Virus record (IMG/VR): IMGVR_UViG_3300032259_000014
Location: 1-29,416 of that record
From: a virus
Taxonomy: Duplodnaviria > Caudoviricetes
DNA: 29,416 nucleotides
Direction: 5' to 3' (one strand)
In this document: piece by piece, positions 17,250 through 26,181 of the stretch
Layout of the letters: every line of letters starts with the position of its first letter
Position numbering within the stretch: position 1 is the stretch's first letter
Notes under the pieces: model-generated
What the model was told of the DNA's origin: nothing
The model's input: only the letters and a program-made list of their open reading frames with translations
The model's database searches: none
Position numbers and translations under genes: made by a program

Positions 17250-17531
17250 ATGACTAAGTCAAGATCAAGGTCCACCGGCAGTAAGGCAAGTAGTGGCAAC
17301 TACCGCAGCGCTGCCAATACGAGGAACCGTGTGGCCAAGAGCCGCAAGGCGCGGGCTACCAAGTCTGCAGCCAACAAGGCGTACAGGTCGCCCACTGCCA
17401 CCAAGCACCGCGTCAGTACTAGCCGCGTAAATGGCTCTGGCAAGAGCGGTCCTAAAATTGCCAACAAGGAGCATATCGGCACCACCATTGGTAAGGCAGC
17501 CTCTTCATACTCGAAGAGCAGGAAAAGATAA
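17250..17531 (+). CDS. Very basic low-complexity protein (K/R/S/A-rich), candidate nucleic-acid-binding or condensing protein
   Basis: RBS AGGAG. 25 K+R and a single acidic residue in 93 aa. Confidence 0.65.
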   Translation: MTKSRSRSTGSKASSGNYRSAANTRNRVAKSRKARATKSAANKAYRSPTATKHRVSTSRVNGSGKSGPKIANKEHIGTTIGKAASSYSKSRKR

Positions 17532-17542
17532 CCACATCCGCC

Positions 17543-17571
17543 TTGACAATCGTTAACCAATATGGTATAAT
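17543..17571 (+). promoter_or_regulatory. Consensus sigma70/SigA promoter for the scaffold-capsid operon
   Basis: TTGACA (17543-17548), 17 nt, TG-extended TATAAT (17566-17571), in an intergenic gap. Confidence 0.88.
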
Positions 17572-17697
17572 GTATTCTAGCTGGCACATACCCTGAGATG
17601 TGCCCACGCCCTTTGGGAGTTGCTTCAGGAGTTGCAAACTGAAAAACCCGTGGCTGAGCCCCTCGCCAGTCATGTAGCGTAAGAGGAGTAATAGCGC

Positions 17698-18249
17698 ATG
17701 AGCGACACTGATACGAGCATGGAACCAAAGGAACTTCGAGAAGCTTACGACCGTCAGGTGGCCGAAAACAAATCTCTACAGAGTGAGTTTCGGACGTTCA
17801 AGACGAGTGTGTTTTTCAAGGAACAGGGTCTCACACCAAAGCATGCTGAGCTATATCTAGCTGCGAACCCCAACGGGGAGATCAGCCCAGAAGCAGTTCA
17901 GACCTTTGCTGCCGAGTACGGACTGCAGCCTGCAGCTGCGCCCACTCCAGTAAAAGAAGCTGAGGATGAGCACTACGATTCTGAAGGAAACACCCCACCT
18001 CTTGAGACAACGCTGTCCACCGGACCGAAAACTGCCAACTCGGCACTGGCCTCCCTACAAGGAGCAGCCGGTACGCCACAGGCAGCCTTCGCGTCTGCGA
18101 ATCCAGCAGTTATGACAGGCGCAGAGTTTCAGAAGCTCCTGCAAACGAATCCTGCAGAGGCAGCCAAGGCTTACGCCGAAGGCCGAGCCCCGAGGAACGA
18201 GCAAAACGTCCAAGCCGATCAGCTAGTTGCTAAAGGAATCATCCGCTAA
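17698..18249 (+). CDS. Capsid scaffolding protein
   Basis: Directly upstream of the capsid gene. N-terminal coiled coil (ELREAYDRQVAENKSLQSE) and acidic/Ala-Pro-rich remainder. RBS GAGGAG. Confidence 0.7.
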   Translation: MSDTDTSMEPKELREAYDRQVAENKSLQSEFRTFKTSVFFKEQGLTPKHAELYLAANPNGEISPEAVQTFAAEYGLQPAAAPTPVKEAEDEHYDSEGNTPPLETTLSTGPKTANSALASLQGAAGTPQAAFASANPAVMTGAEFQKLLQTNPAEAAKAYAEGRAPRNEQNVQADQLVAKGIIR

Positions 18250-18270
18250 CAACTATCCCGGAGATAATCC

Positions 18271-19152
18271 ATGGCTACAGTTGACTTTCAGGTCAACCCA
18301 TCGACTACCACCACGTACAACGATACGGTCTACTCGGCCATTATCGCTGACATGGTGCTGGATGCTCTCATGGCTACGGTTGTGACTCCCCCCCTGCTCC
18401 GTCATTTCGACCTGCGGAACCAGGCATCGCTTACTGTGAATGTTCCGATTGCTGACAGCTTCACCGCTGCGGCTCTCTCGGAAGGTACTGAGGTAGCCAA
18501 CACGGCCCTCACCACCACAGTTGCGTCTGGTACTGCTGCCGAAGTCGGCATCATGGCTACCGTCACAGACGTCCTTGAAGTATCCGATATTCCCGCTGCG
18601 CATGGCGCTCGCCTGACGCAGCTAGGCCGATCCATGGGTGACAAACTCGACGTGGACATTTGCGCACTGCTCGCTGGCTTCAGCTCCAGCGTTGGGACCA
18701 CTACTGTGGACCTGTCTGTGGCAAACATCCTCGAAGTGATCTACACGCTTGAGGTGGCTAACGCCCCCAAGCCGTATGTAGGCGTCATCCATCCTGCTCA
18801 GTTGAACGACCTTCGTATCGCTCTTGAAGCGAACGCCAACGCTCCATTCCAGTCTCAGGGTATCCGTGCGGGTACTAACGAACTGGGTCCTGCGGGCAAC
18901 GGCTACGCCGGTGAGTGGTTCGGAATTCCGTTCTACTTCTCTACCAACGTCCCGACTGCTAACGCAGCTGCGGACCGTGCTGGTGGCGTGTTTTCTAAGA
19001 ACTACGCTCTCGGTATGGTTGAGAAATGGGCCGCGAAGATCGTCCCCATGTACTGGCCCCCAATCCGCGGCTGGGTCTTGGTCTCGACTGCCAACTATGG
19101 CGTGTTCGAAATCGTGGACGCTGCTGGTGTCGAACTAACGACCGACGCATAA
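18271..19152 (+). CDS. Major capsid protein (HK97 fold)
   Basis: 293 aa after the scaffold. Typical segments LSEGTEV, VIHPAQLNDLR, GEWFGIPFYFSTNVP and YGVFEI. RBS GGAG. Confidence 0.85.
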   Translation: MATVDFQVNPSTTTTYNDTVYSAIIADMVLDALMATVVTPPLLRHFDLRNQASLTVNVPIADSFTAAALSEGTEVANTALTTTVASGTAAEVGIMATVTDVLEVSDIPAAHGARLTQLGRSMGDKLDVDICALLAGFSSSVGTTTVDLSVANILEVIYTLEVANAPKPYVGVIHPAQLNDLRIALEANANAPFQSQGIRAGTNELGPAGNGYAGEWFGIPFYFSTNVPTANAAADRAGGVFSKNYALGMVEKWAAKIVPMYWPPIRGWVLVSTANYGVFEIVDAAGVELTTDA

Positions 19153-19164
19153 GGAGGTTGACAC

Positions 19165-20145
19165 ATGGCCTCACGACTGATTGATCGCTCGAAGAAGAGT
19201 GGAAAACTGGGGGGTTCCCCCGGATCACCCGCTGTCGATTTCGGCAGCGATGGCGTCAGCGAGGGTAGCTTGACGGCTGCTCAGATTGCTGCCGTGCTTC
19301 TTCGGCATCCGTCCATTAGCGAGGTCGGGCAACCCGGTCTTGACGAAGTAGAAGGCACGGCTGGCAACGCTACGCATACCATTACAGTCCCTTCGGGGAA
19401 GTATTGGCGCCTCATCAGCCTGTTCCACTTGCTGGTAACAGATGCAAACGTTGCTAACCGTGCTGTCGTTGTCACTGTACGTGACTCGGCAGATGCGACT
19501 ATCGAAGCAATCACTCACGCCAACGTTGCCGCGAGCACTACAGCAAAGAGGGTTACCCTCTTCGGCCAGGACGATTACGTCCGGGGCGATCGAGCTGTGG
19601 CTGCACAAGGCACGCTGTCAATGGCTACCAAGCCGACTGATACGGATACCATGACCATCAACGGTGTGGAGTTCACTTGGGTGGCTGCCCTTACCGGCGC
19701 CGTCAATGAACTGCTCATCGGTGCGGCTGTAGCTAACTCACAGGCTGCGGCTAACGCCGCGTTTGTGTCGGCCAATCGTGCAACTGCCAGCTCACTGCAT
19801 AGTGTCTCTGACGCTGTGTTTGAGAGCATTGGATGTACTGCGATTGACTTCGCCGCCCACGATATGGTGTTCACTGCGAACGTGAAGGGCACAGCGGGCA
19901 ACTCGATTGCCACGACTGAGACCTTTACCGCAGGCGGTAACATCTTTGATGCAGGCACTCTCGGCACGACAACTGCCGGATTGGATGCTGCTGACAAGGT
20001 GTCAGCCACGCTGGACTACCCCGACGCCGGGAACCTTCTCGGTCCGGGTGAGGACATCCTCATCTCAGTCACCAACGGTGTGGCAGGCGACTCGCTTGAC
20101 ACGTATCTGTTCTACGTTGAGTACGACGCAGACCCGACCCCATAA
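19165..20145 (+). CDS. Capsid decoration / head-fibre-like structural protein
   Basis: Follows the capsid gene with strong RBS AAGGAGG, upstream of the same terminator hairpin. Beta-rich Ala/Thr/Val composition. Confidence 0.6.
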   Translation: MASRLIDRSKKSGKLGGSPGSPAVDFGSDGVSEGSLTAAQIAAVLLRHPSISEVGQPGLDEVEGTAGNATHTITVPSGKYWRLISLFHLLVTDANVANRAVVVTVRDSADATIEAITHANVAASTTAKRVTLFGQDDYVRGDRAVAAQGTLSMATKPTDTDTMTINGVEFTWVAALTGAVNELLIGAAVANSQAAANAAFVSANRATASSLHSVSDAVFESIGCTAIDFAAHDMVFTANVKGTAGNSIATTETFTAGGNIFDAGTLGTTTAGLDAADKVSATLDYPDAGNLLGPGEDILISVTNGVAGDSLDTYLFYVEYDADPTP

Positions 20146-20151
20146 CTGTAT

Positions 20152-20180
20152 GAGGGGGCAGGCTAAAATCCTGCCCCCTC
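20152..20180 (+). terminator. Strong hairpin, probable intrinsic terminator lacking a U-tract
   Basis: GAGGGGGCAGG-ctaaaat-CCTGCCCCCTC, a perfect 11-bp stem right after the capsid/decoration genes. Confidence 0.7.
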
Positions 20181-20203
20181 CTACCTAACACTGGAGATAA
20201 TAA

Positions 20204-20704
20204 GTGGCTACCTGGAAAGTAATTACGAGAGACGGCCAGCGGGGCATCGTCCTGCCTGACGTCGACCTTGAAGCAATGGGTGATAAAGACCCGACATCGG
20301 CTTATGGTTCCATTGTTGAAGATGGTATATGGGTCGGTGTACCGACTGACCGCTTCGTACCCTTCTCAAAGGCAGGCAAGAAGATTGAACAGAAGGCGAT
20401 CTATACCGTCAAGGCTATGTCGCCTGATGGTGTGCTTCGTCAGCTGCCAATGGAAGGTCAGATCAACAATCATGTGCAGAGCAAGGACACCGGCCTTGGC
20501 TTGCAGCCGTACATCCGCAAGGGGTATATTGTATTCTGGGACCCGACTGATGGCCGCACCGCCTTCTGTCCTACTTGGGGCTGCTTTGCTGAGCCTGTTA
20601 AGCAGTTTGGTAATTTTTGTTCTAACGACCACAAGAATATCACTGCACCAGATCAGGAACGCTCCACCTTTAGCACCAACGCTACGACCACTCATCGATA
20701 TTAA
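20204..20704 (+). CDS. Hypothetical protein with C-terminal Cys/His cluster (CPTWGC...FCSNDH)
   Basis: RBS GGAG before the GTG. Coupled to the next gene (TAATG). Confidence 0.6.
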   Translation: MATWKVITRDGQRGIVLPDVDLEAMGDKDPTSAYGSIVEDGIWVGVPTDRFVPFSKAGKKIEQKAIYTVKAMSPDGVLRQLPMEGQINNHVQSKDTGLGLQPYIRKGYIVFWDPTDGRTAFCPTWGCFAEPVKQFGNFCSNDHKNITAPDQERSTFSTNATTTHRY

Positions 20705-21171
20705 TGGCTAATCAAGGTACTCTCTTCGAAGACGTAAAAGAATACGTTGAGAGTGGCAAGGCTGATGAGAAGGCGATTCACTTTGACATGCCTTGGTCAA
20801 AGAACGCCGAAAAGCAGCTGCCCGATCTTGAAAAAGAGAAGCTGACTCCGAAAACGCGGAGTCAGCGAGAAGAGGCAGCTGGAGCCCTGGCTGCACAGCT
20901 CATGGATACGTTCATCAGTAGCCTAGATGATCTACACACCCTCAACCCTATCCGGGATGGCATCCCACAATGTAAGAACCACCCATTCGTACCGCCCCGA
21001 CAGATCGGCTGCATCCACAGCTGTGCCAAGCGTGACCCCAACCTCGCTATGCCCGTCGTCCGTGATTATACACTGGGCGACGTGTTCAACTGGGTAAAAG
21101 AAATCGTCACGCTAGCTGTGGCCACTGCTGACAAGAAGAAGGGCTGGTATGCTCCAGACCTAGCGAGGTAA
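20704..21171 (+). CDS. Hypothetical protein (CKNH...CIHSC possible metal site)
   Basis: Translationally coupled ORF in the structural operon. Confidence 0.6.
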   Translation: MANQGTLFEDVKEYVESGKADEKAIHFDMPWSKNAEKQLPDLEKEKLTPKTRSQREEAAGALAAQLMDTFISSLDDLHTLNPIRDGIPQCKNHPFVPPRQIGCIHSCAKRDPNLAMPVVRDYTLGDVFNWVKEIVTLAVATADKKKGWYAPDLAR

Positions 21172-21172
21172 C

Positions 21173-22075
21173 ATGGCCATCACCGCCGCTGCGATGCGGA
21201 CAGCCATTCGTAACGAGTTGTATGGGGCAGATGTAACCACTCGCCCATATGAGACTGTTCTGGTGTATTCGATTGACACCGATACTCAGGTTCTCTTAAC
21301 TGTGCCTGATGGTGCTGCCTGGGCGGCGGGTGATATTCTTGAAATCGATTCAGAAGGTGAACTCTGCCTTGTCACATCTGTTGCTGGTGCAGTTCTCACC
21401 GTTACACGTGGTTATGGTGGCACAACGGCTTCTGCATATGTAGCTCTTGGTAGTCTAGTCCGTAAGAGCCCTAAGTATTCCATCCCTCAAATGGATCAAG
21501 CTGTTCAGCATGTGCTACAAGACCTAGCTCCGGAAATCTACCTGCCCTACACCATCACTTTGACCTTTGACGCCACAACCACTTGGTACCCCTTCACCAC
21601 TGCGGGGGATGACCAAGTGTTCGAGGTTGTCACAGTCTACTACGACCCAACCAGCGGAGATCAGCCGCAAGCTGCCCCCGTCTGGGAATTCCTACGTGAC
21701 GTACCCTCGGCGGGCTTCACAAAAACTCTTGGCCTTGTTATCCCGGCAAGCATCAACCTAGCTGCTGGTGCCTCCATCTATGTGAATACTAAGAAGGAGA
21801 TGCTTCTAGTTACAGAGCTGCCTGATCGTATGAAGTCCATGGTTGTCATGGGTGCGGTGTATCAGCTCCTTGGTGGAGGTGACATCCGGCGTATCCATGA
21901 CCCCGGCAAGCGCACAGACCGTACAGTGCAACCTGGGTCTGAGGCACGCACAAGCATCTGGTACCTCCGTGAGTACACGCGACGCTATCAAAAGATCGCC
22001 GCAGACCTCCGGGCGTGGGAGGGCAAATCCCCCCTTAGCCGGGTTGCTCAGCGTGCTCGGAGGTTCCGTGTCTAG
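21173..22075 (+). CDS. Head-tail adaptor / tail tubular protein A-like
   Basis: Position before the nozzle gene. Helical ends around a beta insert (GDILEIDSEGELCLVTSV...TVTRGYGGTTA). RBS GAGGT. Confidence 0.6.
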   Translation: MAITAAAMRTAIRNELYGADVTTRPYETVLVYSIDTDTQVLLTVPDGAAWAAGDILEIDSEGELCLVTSVAGAVLTVTRGYGGTTASAYVALGSLVRKSPKYSIPQMDQAVQHVLQDLAPEIYLPYTITLTFDATTTWYPFTTAGDDQVFEVVTVYYDPTSGDQPQAAPVWEFLRDVPSAGFTKTLGLVIPASINLAAGASIYVNTKKEMLLVTELPDRMKSMVVMGAVYQLLGGGDIRRIHDPGKRTDRTVQPGSEARTSIWYLREYTRRYQKIAADLRAWEGKSPLSRVAQRARRFRV

Positions 22076-23994
22076 TGATTACCACAGAGTTCCATGTCAC
22101 AATCAACGGTGTCAACTACCGGCTAGCTGAAGACGCCGAGGGGCAGCACTACATTCACGTCAAGGAGGCGCTGCGCCCACCTAACAGTCAGATCGTTCAG
22201 GGTGAGTCGAGCAACAAGTTCAACGTCCGGTCCGACCTGCTGCTGTGGACCTGGACGGACTGGACTGAGGGCGAAGGACAGATCAAGTTCAATGCAAGCC
22301 TGCCGGGGCGCTCTCTGATCCTAGAGGGGGTCAACTTCTTTGGTCGACCGGGTAACCTGTTCCTTGGGTACACGGCTACCGCTGTCCTCAACTCTGCTGC
22401 CTCTGCCTTCAATGTCCAGACTGGCCTGGTTGTGGCCAAGGGAGGCCTCTATGCCGTAGGCGTGGGTGCTGGTCAGGACGACTACTACGCTTGGGACACT
22501 GGCGACAACATCAGCTGGCAGGCTGGGATCAGCATGTCTCTTACAGACGGGGCTATCAGTGAGCAGGCGATCTGCGGAGACGCGGCTCGCTTCTACTTTG
22601 TAAAGCACGGCACTGATAGTGTATACCATGTAGTGCCTGCGGGTGCTGTTACGCTGCTCAATGACCAGACCAATGCGGTGGCTGCACAGCTGATCGAGAT
22701 GGGTGACTACCTCTACAAGTACGACGTGAGTGGGTACGTGTATGAGCTATCAAAGACAACGGTCAACACGACCACACCCGAGGTTGCTGTCTGGGATTTC
22801 GCTTCTTCGGGCGGCTGTGATGCTGCTCACTTTATTGGTAACAAGATCGTAGCCGGTGACAACCGTGTCTACGCTATGGCGGTCCAGGGTGAGACCACCA
22901 TAATCTTCGAAATCGTCCCCTCCTCCTCGGCGGGCACTGGTTTCGGTAGGGAGCTGACCCGCATCGAGGGGCTCGTAGGGGAGTCCATGTGGTGGCATGG
23001 GGGCTTCCTCTTCTGGACCGGGCGGGACTCTGAGCCGGATGCCACTCAGGGTCCCAACCGCTCCATCTACTACTACCAGCCGGGTCAGTCGTGGGGTACG
23101 CTTGGTGAGGTACGATCCTTTCAGCCTGCTCAGCCCATCACTGGTTCTAGGGTTGCGGCCCAGGCCGGACGACTGCACACCAGCGCCTTCGTTGGTGTGG
23201 GTACCTACGACGGTCGCACCGCGGCGCAAGCTGCATTGAGTTTGTTCGAGGTGGATGCCGTCAAGGGCTCCTTCGGACAGAGTGGACGTCCGCTTGCTGC
23301 GCTGGCTGCCGAGCAGGTGCCGCTGGACGTTGTGTACTGGAATGGCCTGTACGTGGCTTCCTACAAGGACCTCGCCACCGGCGCAGTCTTCGGCCAGACT
23401 GTGTGGGACACATCCACATACAGCACCGTCTCCGGTGTGGCCATCAGCCCAGAGGTTGACTTTGACATTACCTCTGAGAAGGTACTTCACTCTATCGAGA
23501 TCATCACTGAGCCTCTTCCTGCTAGCACTTCCGTCACTGTCTCGTATAGCTTGGACGGTGCTGCCTGGGTGGCTACCACTGCCTTCGACACTGATGGGTC
23601 TGACGGTGGCATCGTCACCATCTCCTCCAGTTCTAGCACCAAGGCCTTCCGTTCTCTGCGCCTGAAGGTGCAGCTCGACGGTACCTCCAGCGCCACACCA
23701 GTACTGAAGGCCGTGAACGTGCGGGCCGGACTCGACACACGGGTCAATGTCTGGTCCCTGATTGTGGACTGCACCGATGAGTCGGCTCCGCGCGGCTATG
23801 ACGGCGCCAAGCTCATCTCTAACTTGACGGGCATCACGGACAACACCGTGATCGCTTTTGTGGACGGATACCCGAACCGCGGCCAGCTGGCTGCGAACAA
23901 CTCTACTTACAGCGTCATAATTGATGGCCTTAGTGTCCAGCTCTCCCAGCCCGGTGAGGGTGTGGCACAGATCGTGCTGCGTGAGGTGTTCTAG
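22075..23994 (+). CDS. Tail nozzle / tail tubular protein B-like (beta-propeller)
   Basis: 639 aa with aromatic-rich beta strands and an N-terminal WTDWTEGEGQ motif. Position matches podoviral nozzle genes. Confidence 0.6.
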   Translation: MITTEFHVTINGVNYRLAEDAEGQHYIHVKEALRPPNSQIVQGESSNKFNVRSDLLLWTWTDWTEGEGQIKFNASLPGRSLILEGVNFFGRPGNLFLGYTATAVLNSAASAFNVQTGLVVAKGGLYAVGVGAGQDDYYAWDTGDNISWQAGISMSLTDGAISEQAICGDAARFYFVKHGTDSVYHVVPAGAVTLLNDQTNAVAAQLIEMGDYLYKYDVSGYVYELSKTTVNTTTPEVAVWDFASSGGCDAAHFIGNKIVAGDNRVYAMAVQGETTIIFEIVPSSSAGTGFGRELTRIEGLVGESMWWHGGFLFWTGRDSEPDATQGPNRSIYYYQPGQSWGTLGEVRSFQPAQPITGSRVAAQAGRLHTSAFVGVGTYDGRTAAQAALSLFEVDAVKGSFGQSGRPLAALAAEQVPLDVVYWNGLYVASYKDLATGAVFGQTVWDTSTYSTVSGVAISPEVDFDITSEKVLHSIEIITEPLPASTSVTVSYSLDGAAWVATTAFDTDGSDGGIVTISSSSSTKAFRSLRLKVQLDGTSSATPVLKAVNVRAGLDTRVNVWSLIVDCTDESAPRGYDGAKLISNLTGITDNTVIAFVDGYPNRGQLAANNSTYSVIIDGLSVQLSQPGEGVAQIVLREVF

Positions 23995-25568
23995 TGGGCT
24001 TCCAGCCATATGGTTCCTTCGTTGGTGCTGATGTCCCCGCTAATAGGTACAAGGACCTCTATGCAGATACTTTCTACCTGAGCCGTGAGATGCTTCTCAT
24101 GGATCAGGCTGTCATCAGGTCACATAACTACTCGCCAGGCACAGCGGGGTTCATCCTTCGGCAGGATGGCACTGTCGAGATCAACGGTCTGACGGTAGCC
24201 GAGGACATTCAGTCCAGCAACTTCGTGACTGGTGAGTCCGGGTACTTCCTGGACTACAGTACAGGAGACGCTGAGTTCAACTCAACGCTGGCACGCGGAA
24301 CCTTTGCGACTGGTGCAGCCACCGGTACTCGCGACCCATACATCGTGATTGGTGAGTCTGGCGCATCACAGTATATGAAGTTCTACAGCGATGAGCCAGG
24401 CGAGAACTATCCTGGCGCTGTCTACCACGCCTACTTTGATGGGTCTGGCGGTGGCTTTCCAGACTATCTTGTGATGTCTTTGGTCAGTGGATCAATCAAC
24501 GCGACCTACCCAGACATGGCGACCATTGCACTTGGCTCGCAGAACGATGATGGCACCCTGCCGACTATCCAGCCATATGTCTATCTCCAAGCGGCTGGCG
24601 CGAACTCAAGTTTCACTGGCGGCGCTGGTGCCACCTCACTTGATCTGCGAGTCTCAAAGTGGACGCTGAGTGCGGAAACAACCTCAAATGGTTTCGTTGT
24701 GATGGCGGCTGACGCTGGCGCGAATCAGCACATTCTTTGGACAACTGCGTCTACTGACCGCTGGTATTTTCCAAGCGGCCAAGGGCACATCGTGGCGGTA
24801 GGTGACTACCACGTTCAGGCTGGTGGCGGGAGCGCAACCGCACCGAGCTTCTCTTTCTACAACGACACCGACACGGGGATGTTCCGCCTTGGTTCTGACG
24901 TACTCGGTTGGTCTGCTGGTGGAACCGAGCGGTTCCGTATGTCAACGGCTGGCTTCTACCACAACACATCAGGTGGGCCGTACCTAAAGGCTGGGGCCAG
25001 CGCTGTGGGCTCTGTTGCCTATGCTTTCACCGGCGACGGGAATACCGGGATGCACTGGGAGGGTGCCGACGATGGACGGCTTGTGGCAGGCGGAAGCTCC
25101 ATCGCCCAGTTCACCACTGGACACTTTGGCCCCGGTGCCGACGATGCCCGGACGCTGGGCAACTCATCGTTTCGGTGGTCCCAGATGCACGCTGTCCTCA
25201 TCTACAGCACAGGGTCGTATTCCAACACTACCGCCAACGCTGCCAACGTCTACATCAACTCCCTTGGTCGGCTGTATCGTTCCACCTCTGGTAGCAAATA
25301 CAAGAGGAACATCAAGCCTGTGGACTTGGCCGACATCGTCTTGCGTCCGGTACGCTATCAGCACACGGGGGACCGCAGGGTCCACTATGGGTTCGTAGCT
25401 GAGGATTTGGCAGAGCAAGATAAGCGGCTCGCCGTCATCGAGGATGGTGAGGTCGAGAGCTACGACGACCGTGCCCTCGCTGCGGTACTGGCCGCTAAGA
25501 TTAACCGCCTCGAAGAGCGCTTGACAGCGCTAGAACAACGTGGTATACTAGAGACCCCGGAGGTCTAA
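23994..25568 (+). CDS. Tail fibre / receptor-binding protein with C-terminal peptidase S74 intramolecular chaperone
   Basis: Two IxSxNY/FxxGxxG(F/Y)xLxxxG repeats at the N-terminus and GSATAPSFSFYNDTDTGMFR-type repeats. C-terminal STSGSKYKRNIKP...LRPVRY...GFVAEDL followed by a coiled coil. Confidence 0.8.
   Translation: MGFQPYGSFVGADVPANRYKDLYADTFYLSREMLLMDQAVIRSHNYSPGTAGFILRQDGTVEINGLTVAEDIQSSNFVTGESGYFLDYSTGDAEFNSTLARGTFATGAATGTRDPYIVIGESGASQYMKFYSDEPGENYPGAVYHAYFDGSGGGFPDYLVMSLVSGSINATYPDMATIALGSQNDDGTLPTIQPYVYLQAAGANSSFTGGAGATSLDLRVSKWTLSAETTSNGFVVMAADAGANQHILWTTASTDRWYFPSGQGHIVAVGDYHVQAGGGSATAPSFSFYNDTDTGMFRLGSDVLGWSAGGTERFRMSTAGFYHNTSGGPYLKAGASAVGSVAYAFTGDGNTGMHWEGADDGRLVAGGSSIAQFTTGHFGPGADDARTLGNSSFRWSQMHAVLIYSTGSYSNTTANAANVYINSLGRLYRSTSGSKYKRNIKPVDLADIVLRPVRYQHTGDRRVHYGFVAEDLAEQDKRLAVIEDGEVESYDDRALAAVLAAKINRLEERLTALEQRGILETPEV
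25521..25549 (+). promoter_or_regulatory. sigma70/SigA promoter for the lysis cassette, embedded in the 3' end of the tail fibre gene
   Basis: TTGACA (25521-25526), 17 nt, TG-extended TATACT (25544-25549). RBS GGAGGT precedes the holin ATG. Confidence 0.72.
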
Positions 25569-25570
25569 TC

Positions 25571-25771
25571 ATGAACTGGAAGAATATCATTGAGCGAGCC
25601 GCGTGGACGTTCGCCCAGGCATTCATCGGTGCGTTCAGCATTGGTGTGACTGCGTGGGCGGATGGTGACTGGAGTGCGTTGAAGACTGCTGCTCTGTCTG
25701 GTGCTGTGGCCGGTGCTGCTGCAGTGCTGTCGCTTATCAAGACCATAGCACAAGAAAAGCTGGCCTTGTAA
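25571..25771 (+). CDS. Holin, r1t family
   Basis: WKNIIERAAWTFAQAFIG signature, two hydrophobic segments, near the amidase. Confidence 0.85.
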   Translation: MNWKNIIERAAWTFAQAFIGAFSIGVTAWADGDWSALKTAALSGAVAGAAAVLSLIKTIAQEKLAL

Positions 25772-26181
25772 TGACAGACTGGGTAGATTGGACAGCTTTG
25801 GGCGTCGCTCTGACGGCGGTGGCTGGGATGATTAAGGCGCTGGTAACACAGCGCACACAGACCAGCAATCAAGAGACGATAATGACCCGTACCGCGGTCG
25901 TTGATGCCCCTGTCCTTGCCCAGTTTCGCGAGCTCTTTGATCGCATCACTGCCTTGGAGAAGGACCTTGGAGAAGCACGAATCGAACTGAAGCAGGCACT
26001 TCTCGCTATCGATGAGATGAAAAAGATTGAGGAGTTCCTTGAGGCCAAGGTACATGAACGCGAAAAGAGCATTGGGGCCTTGAGAATAGAGCTGGCAGCC
26101 GCCAAACTTCGCATCAAGCATCTCGAAGAAGTATGTAAGCGAGCGGGTATCAATGGCAAGGATATAGGAGACGGTGAATGA
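25771..26181 (+). CDS. Membrane-anchored coiled-coil protein (lysis accessory)
   Basis: N-terminal hydrophobic helix and long heptad-rich region, between holin and amidase. Confidence 0.6.
   Translation: MTDWVDWTALGVALTAVAGMIKALVTQRTQTSNQETIMTRTAVVDAPVLAQFRELFDRITALEKDLGEARIELKQALLAIDEMKKIEEFLEAKVHEREKSIGALRIELAAAKLRIKHLEEVCKRAGINGKDIGDGE

Noticed and set aside
22750-24009. 419-aa antisense ORF over the nozzle gene
   Set aside because: Same shadow-ORF effect of third-position GC bias.
23994-25568. Diversity-generating retroelement target in the tail fibre
   Set aside because: No template/variable repeat pair or reverse transcriptase was seen, and the C-terminus is an S74 chaperone.
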